A stretch of 62,795 nucleotides of DNA, counting the filler, from Syncephalis fuscata S228 (taxonomy: Eukaryota > Fungi > Zoopagomycota), in the NCBI GenBank assembly GCA_025786725.1. It is 3 parts of 3 records of this genome, joined end to end, with 100 filler letters (N's around TTAATTAATTAA, not from the genome) between each part and the next. Parts side by side here need not be neighbours in the genome. Positions count along the whole stretch, not along the records: positions 42,365 to 62,795 come from JAHLTZ010000165.1; 2 more parts are not named here. One strand, 5' to 3'. The first letter of the stretch is position 1. Each line of letters opens with the position of its first letter. Positions 59,620 through 62,795 of the stretch are shown in pieces. The notes under the pieces were generated by a model. That model made no database searches and was not told the DNA's origin. It worked only from the letters and a program-made list of their open reading frames with translations. The translations under genes were made by a program, and so were the position numbers.

Positions 59620-60393
59620 TCTAGCGTTTTATTGTCTACTGTACCCATATTTAAGCAAATCTATCTACAATCTGCGTAACTATATTTCAACTATGCCACA
59701 AACTCTTTTAACTGATTCATATACTACAACCATTGGATATAACTAATACCAATATGGCGAATTATAAAAAACAATGACATACTACAATCACTGCTTTTTA
59801 TTTGTTTTGATCATGGCATTTTATTTCACATTTGTCGATACAACATTCATGATGTCAGGTGCAGTTAGACAAATAACTCATAATATAGTATTATACTAAA
59901 CTCTGATTCTTTACGGATTTAAAAACCACACTTATTCATCGACATGGCTTCTTGGCAAAAAGATGCATTTAATCAATCCAGAATTAATACCAAATCATTA
60001 ATAAAAATAAAACAGAATTTGGTTGTTGCAAATGCTAAATATACAAAAAATGGGAAAACTAATGACACAATCGTTAAATATTTTGAAAAAAGTACATAGA
60101 TTATAGAAAATCCAATTCATGGCCAATATATGTAACACTCTACCATGTGCTTGCTGGTAGATTTCCATACAATGATCTACTAAAGGCAATTTTGATTATA
60201 GTACGCTTGGTTCTATACTTAAAGAACTTGAAAGCCAAGAACTATGTGCGCTGCCACCAATATCAGAAGATGCAGAGACACTTAAGACATTGCTGTCATT
60301 AATAGAAATAATAAACAATATAGCGGTTTCTGACCCATCAAAAAGACCAACTTTCGAGAAATATTTGCAGTATGCCAGAGTAAAGATGGCATG
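59620..60393 (+). pseudogene. Protein kinase C-lobe relic
   Basis: SWPIYVTLYHVLAGRFPY (subdomain IX-like) and, after a frameshift, IAVSDPSKRPTFEKYL (subdomain XI). The upstream part is broken by stops. Confidence 0.5.
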
Positions 60394-60661
60394 ACTAATA
60401 AGTTGGGAAAGAGATCGAATAAACGCCCAGTTAAAATACATGATTCTATAAATGATACAGCAATAAAAACGCTATTTTTATATAATCATTATTTATTATT
60501 GTGTAAATAATATCAAATACGAGTTATTAAGTATATCTTATAAAAGATTCAACAGGTTGGTAGCATTTGCACTAATTCGCCTATGCATTTAAGCAACCTG
60601 AATATCTAGATGGCCAACTGCGCTTTTACTAAAGCACAGCAATGATTGGGCATTATTAGAT

Positions 60662-61168
60662 TTAAATAGAAATGCTGACACTTTTTTGAGCAGAAGTAAG
60701 ACGAGAGCCGATGTTAATATCGGCACAGTTTTCGTAGTGCTCAATTTTGCCTGGGCCCAAATGAGCGGCATTCCACACCCAGCGAATGACCTTGCGACCG
60801 CTAATACCAGCTGGAATGTTGACGGTCCATGGGCCAACCTTGCCTGGAGCAGCACAGTTGTTCTTTTGGGCAATACGACGGGCATTGCCGAGATTAGTGT
60901 CTAAGATATAGACCTCGCACATACCGATATGTGGAGCAGTGATGGTAAAACCGAGCGTAACGCTGCGGCCCACGTTGGTGACTCGGCCAGCCGGCTCACC
61001 ACGACAAACGCCTCGAGCGTTGGGATTTTTCAAATCGTCAATTCTGGTTGATGCTTTTTCGATAGCACGCGGAGTTGGGCTGGACATGTAGCCATGGGCA
61101 GCAACATCCGAGATTGCAGAGAGTGCCACAATGGCAAGCAGGCAGAGAGTGGCACCAATGCGAACCAT
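60662..61168 (-). CDS. Secreted His-brace LPMO-like protein (intronless)
   Basis: Signal peptide ending VAA|HGYMSSPTPR (His1), second His in APHIGMCEV, then IRWVWNAAH and EHYENCADI with an axial Tyr candidate. Confidence 0.85.
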   Translation of the reverse strand: MVRIGATLCLLAIVALSAISDVAAHGYMSSPTPRAIEKASTRIDDLKNPNARGVCRGEPAGRVTNVGRSVTLGFTITAPHIGMCEVYILDTNLGNARRIAQKNNCAAPGKVGPWTVNIPAGISGRKVIRWVWNAAHLGPGKIEHYENCADINIGSRLTSAQKSVSISI

Positions 61169-62795
61169 TTTAATAGCTGACTAGAGGGAAATAGCAGTAG
61201 TTTGTAGGGCGACGAATTAGCTGATAGGAATAAAAAGATTAAGTTAGTGTTGCTTTCGAGTGTTTTTTGAATCAATCAATATCGATAGCAGAAGAAGTGT
61301 TTAAAATCGTTAGACTACTTGAGTGTTAATAGCTGAGTAATGAGCGTATGAATGTTATGCGGAACTAGAGAGAATGTATTTTATGACTTTATTTATAGCT
61401 TTCCAAGTCCATATAGACATGGCCTTAAGATACATTAATAATCCTGCAGCATCAGTAAATAATTGCTCCTGTAGCATAGGCTGTAGAATAGATACATATT
61501 ACAGTAGTAGCACAAATGGACAATTGATGTGGCTGCTTTTCGTTAGAATACACCAACCGACTCCCGTTCCATCTTGCGACTCCTCTGCAGAAAAGCCGTC
61601 GTATTCACTCAGTGGATTTGTAAAACACAAAATAGTAAAATGTTTATTCATTTAAGCCTTAACTAGGTAAAACAGCCATTATCCAACCTTGTAAATGGCT
61701 TTTAGAGTACTGAGAATAACAAATGGCGTGATATGTAAATGTTACATTGATACTATTATGTGGCTGTGGCCAAGGATTTTCATAAAGTGCAGATTCTGAT
61801 GCAATATGATAATTGTCAAGTTTTTGTGTCTATGTTAAGACAGCACGGTACTCCAAGGCCTATATGTTAAAATAAAACTACTGCAACCAGCTTGTTGTAT
61901 ATAATTTGTTCATATTTTACTTACTAGTGTATTTTATTTCTATTAAAATACAGGCTAAAAATAAAAAAGCATAAGCACCATTCGAGTATATACTTTTATC
62001 CATTATTTTGCTTAGTATTTCAGCTAAATTAAGCTTTTACTGGACATTGTATTAATTGCTCATATTTGTGTTACAGTGTATTTAAAAAACTGAAAAATAT
62101 GCCTGTGTAGCTTATAACTTGTTGACGGTACACGGCCCTCAACGGTATTGTTTCCATCACTCGAGGACCATATGTTGGCCCATGATCTCAATAAGCGTAT
62201 TATTATGGTTTCTTAGTACTACCAAGCCTTGTGGTTTAATTTGCCCCTTCTACAGCGTTGCACTATATCGGTTCATCTATTTAGCTAATTTGTAGCCATT
62301 AGCCAGTTGAACGTGAACGATTATAATAAAGCCAATAATAATAATGGATAGTATTATTGTATTAATACAATTCATAGTATTGCGTTAAGTATCCAAGTTT
62401 AGCTACAAGTACCTTTATTACAATTGCTTGCTTGCTTAAAAGTATAATTAGTAATAATGGTAACACATCTCAAAGTTAAATAGGCTGGTATTGCAGCGCT
62501 GTAGGATGATTCAATGCACGGTTAACTGAAACAGGTCCAAATGCTGGTCACTTGCTCAGCCAATGTCTATTCCCGTAACATGGTTTTACGTCGACCAAAT
62601 TAATGGGCAGGACCATGTCATCTGTTCGCAGGATATCCAATCAGAATGTGACCTCTAATGCCGCCTCTTCGATAGGCTATGCTGCCGTCGCAGTCATTAT
62701 TAAAACAGCCATTTCGAATATTCGATCAATACACAAATATATTGCGGAGAAGGATATAGGCCAAATGTGTAACACCTGGTGATCTACAGCAATTG

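Overview
Intron-rich, AT-rich eukaryotic DNA, most likely an early-diverging fungus (gene set and family style suggest Zoopagomycota, Syncephalis-like; this is inference). The window is three contigs joined by artificial 100-nt N/TTAATTAATTAA spacers (28813-28912, 42265-42364), so adjacency across spacers means nothing. Contig 1: decayed kinase, aminoacylase-1, TMEM16/Ist2, USP7, LUC7, USP48, FIT/Scs3, a tRNA-derived SINE with a target-site duplication, an unexplained structured ~200-nt RNA candidate and an APC15-like gene. Contig 2: tRNA-Ser(GCT), a decayed membrane-protein gene, RAD51B, M36 fungalysin, Rab11 and a partial SPOC+PIN (Chp1/TASOR-like) gene. Contig 3 holds the most striking structure: two apparently identical 3427-bp inverted arms (43351-46777, 52549-55975). 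Each arm carries a complete orphan transcription unit with NLS and tandem TQ/LC8-like motifs, and together they enclose a Mek1/Chk2-type FHA kinase. The breakpoints fall on a dispersed long-TIR repeat family. An SDR, a small TM protein, a kinase relic and a minimal His-brace LPMO-like secreted protein follow. Several conserved genes show single-base homopolymer frameshifts that are probably assembly errors. All family calls come from manual motif recognition, not database searches.
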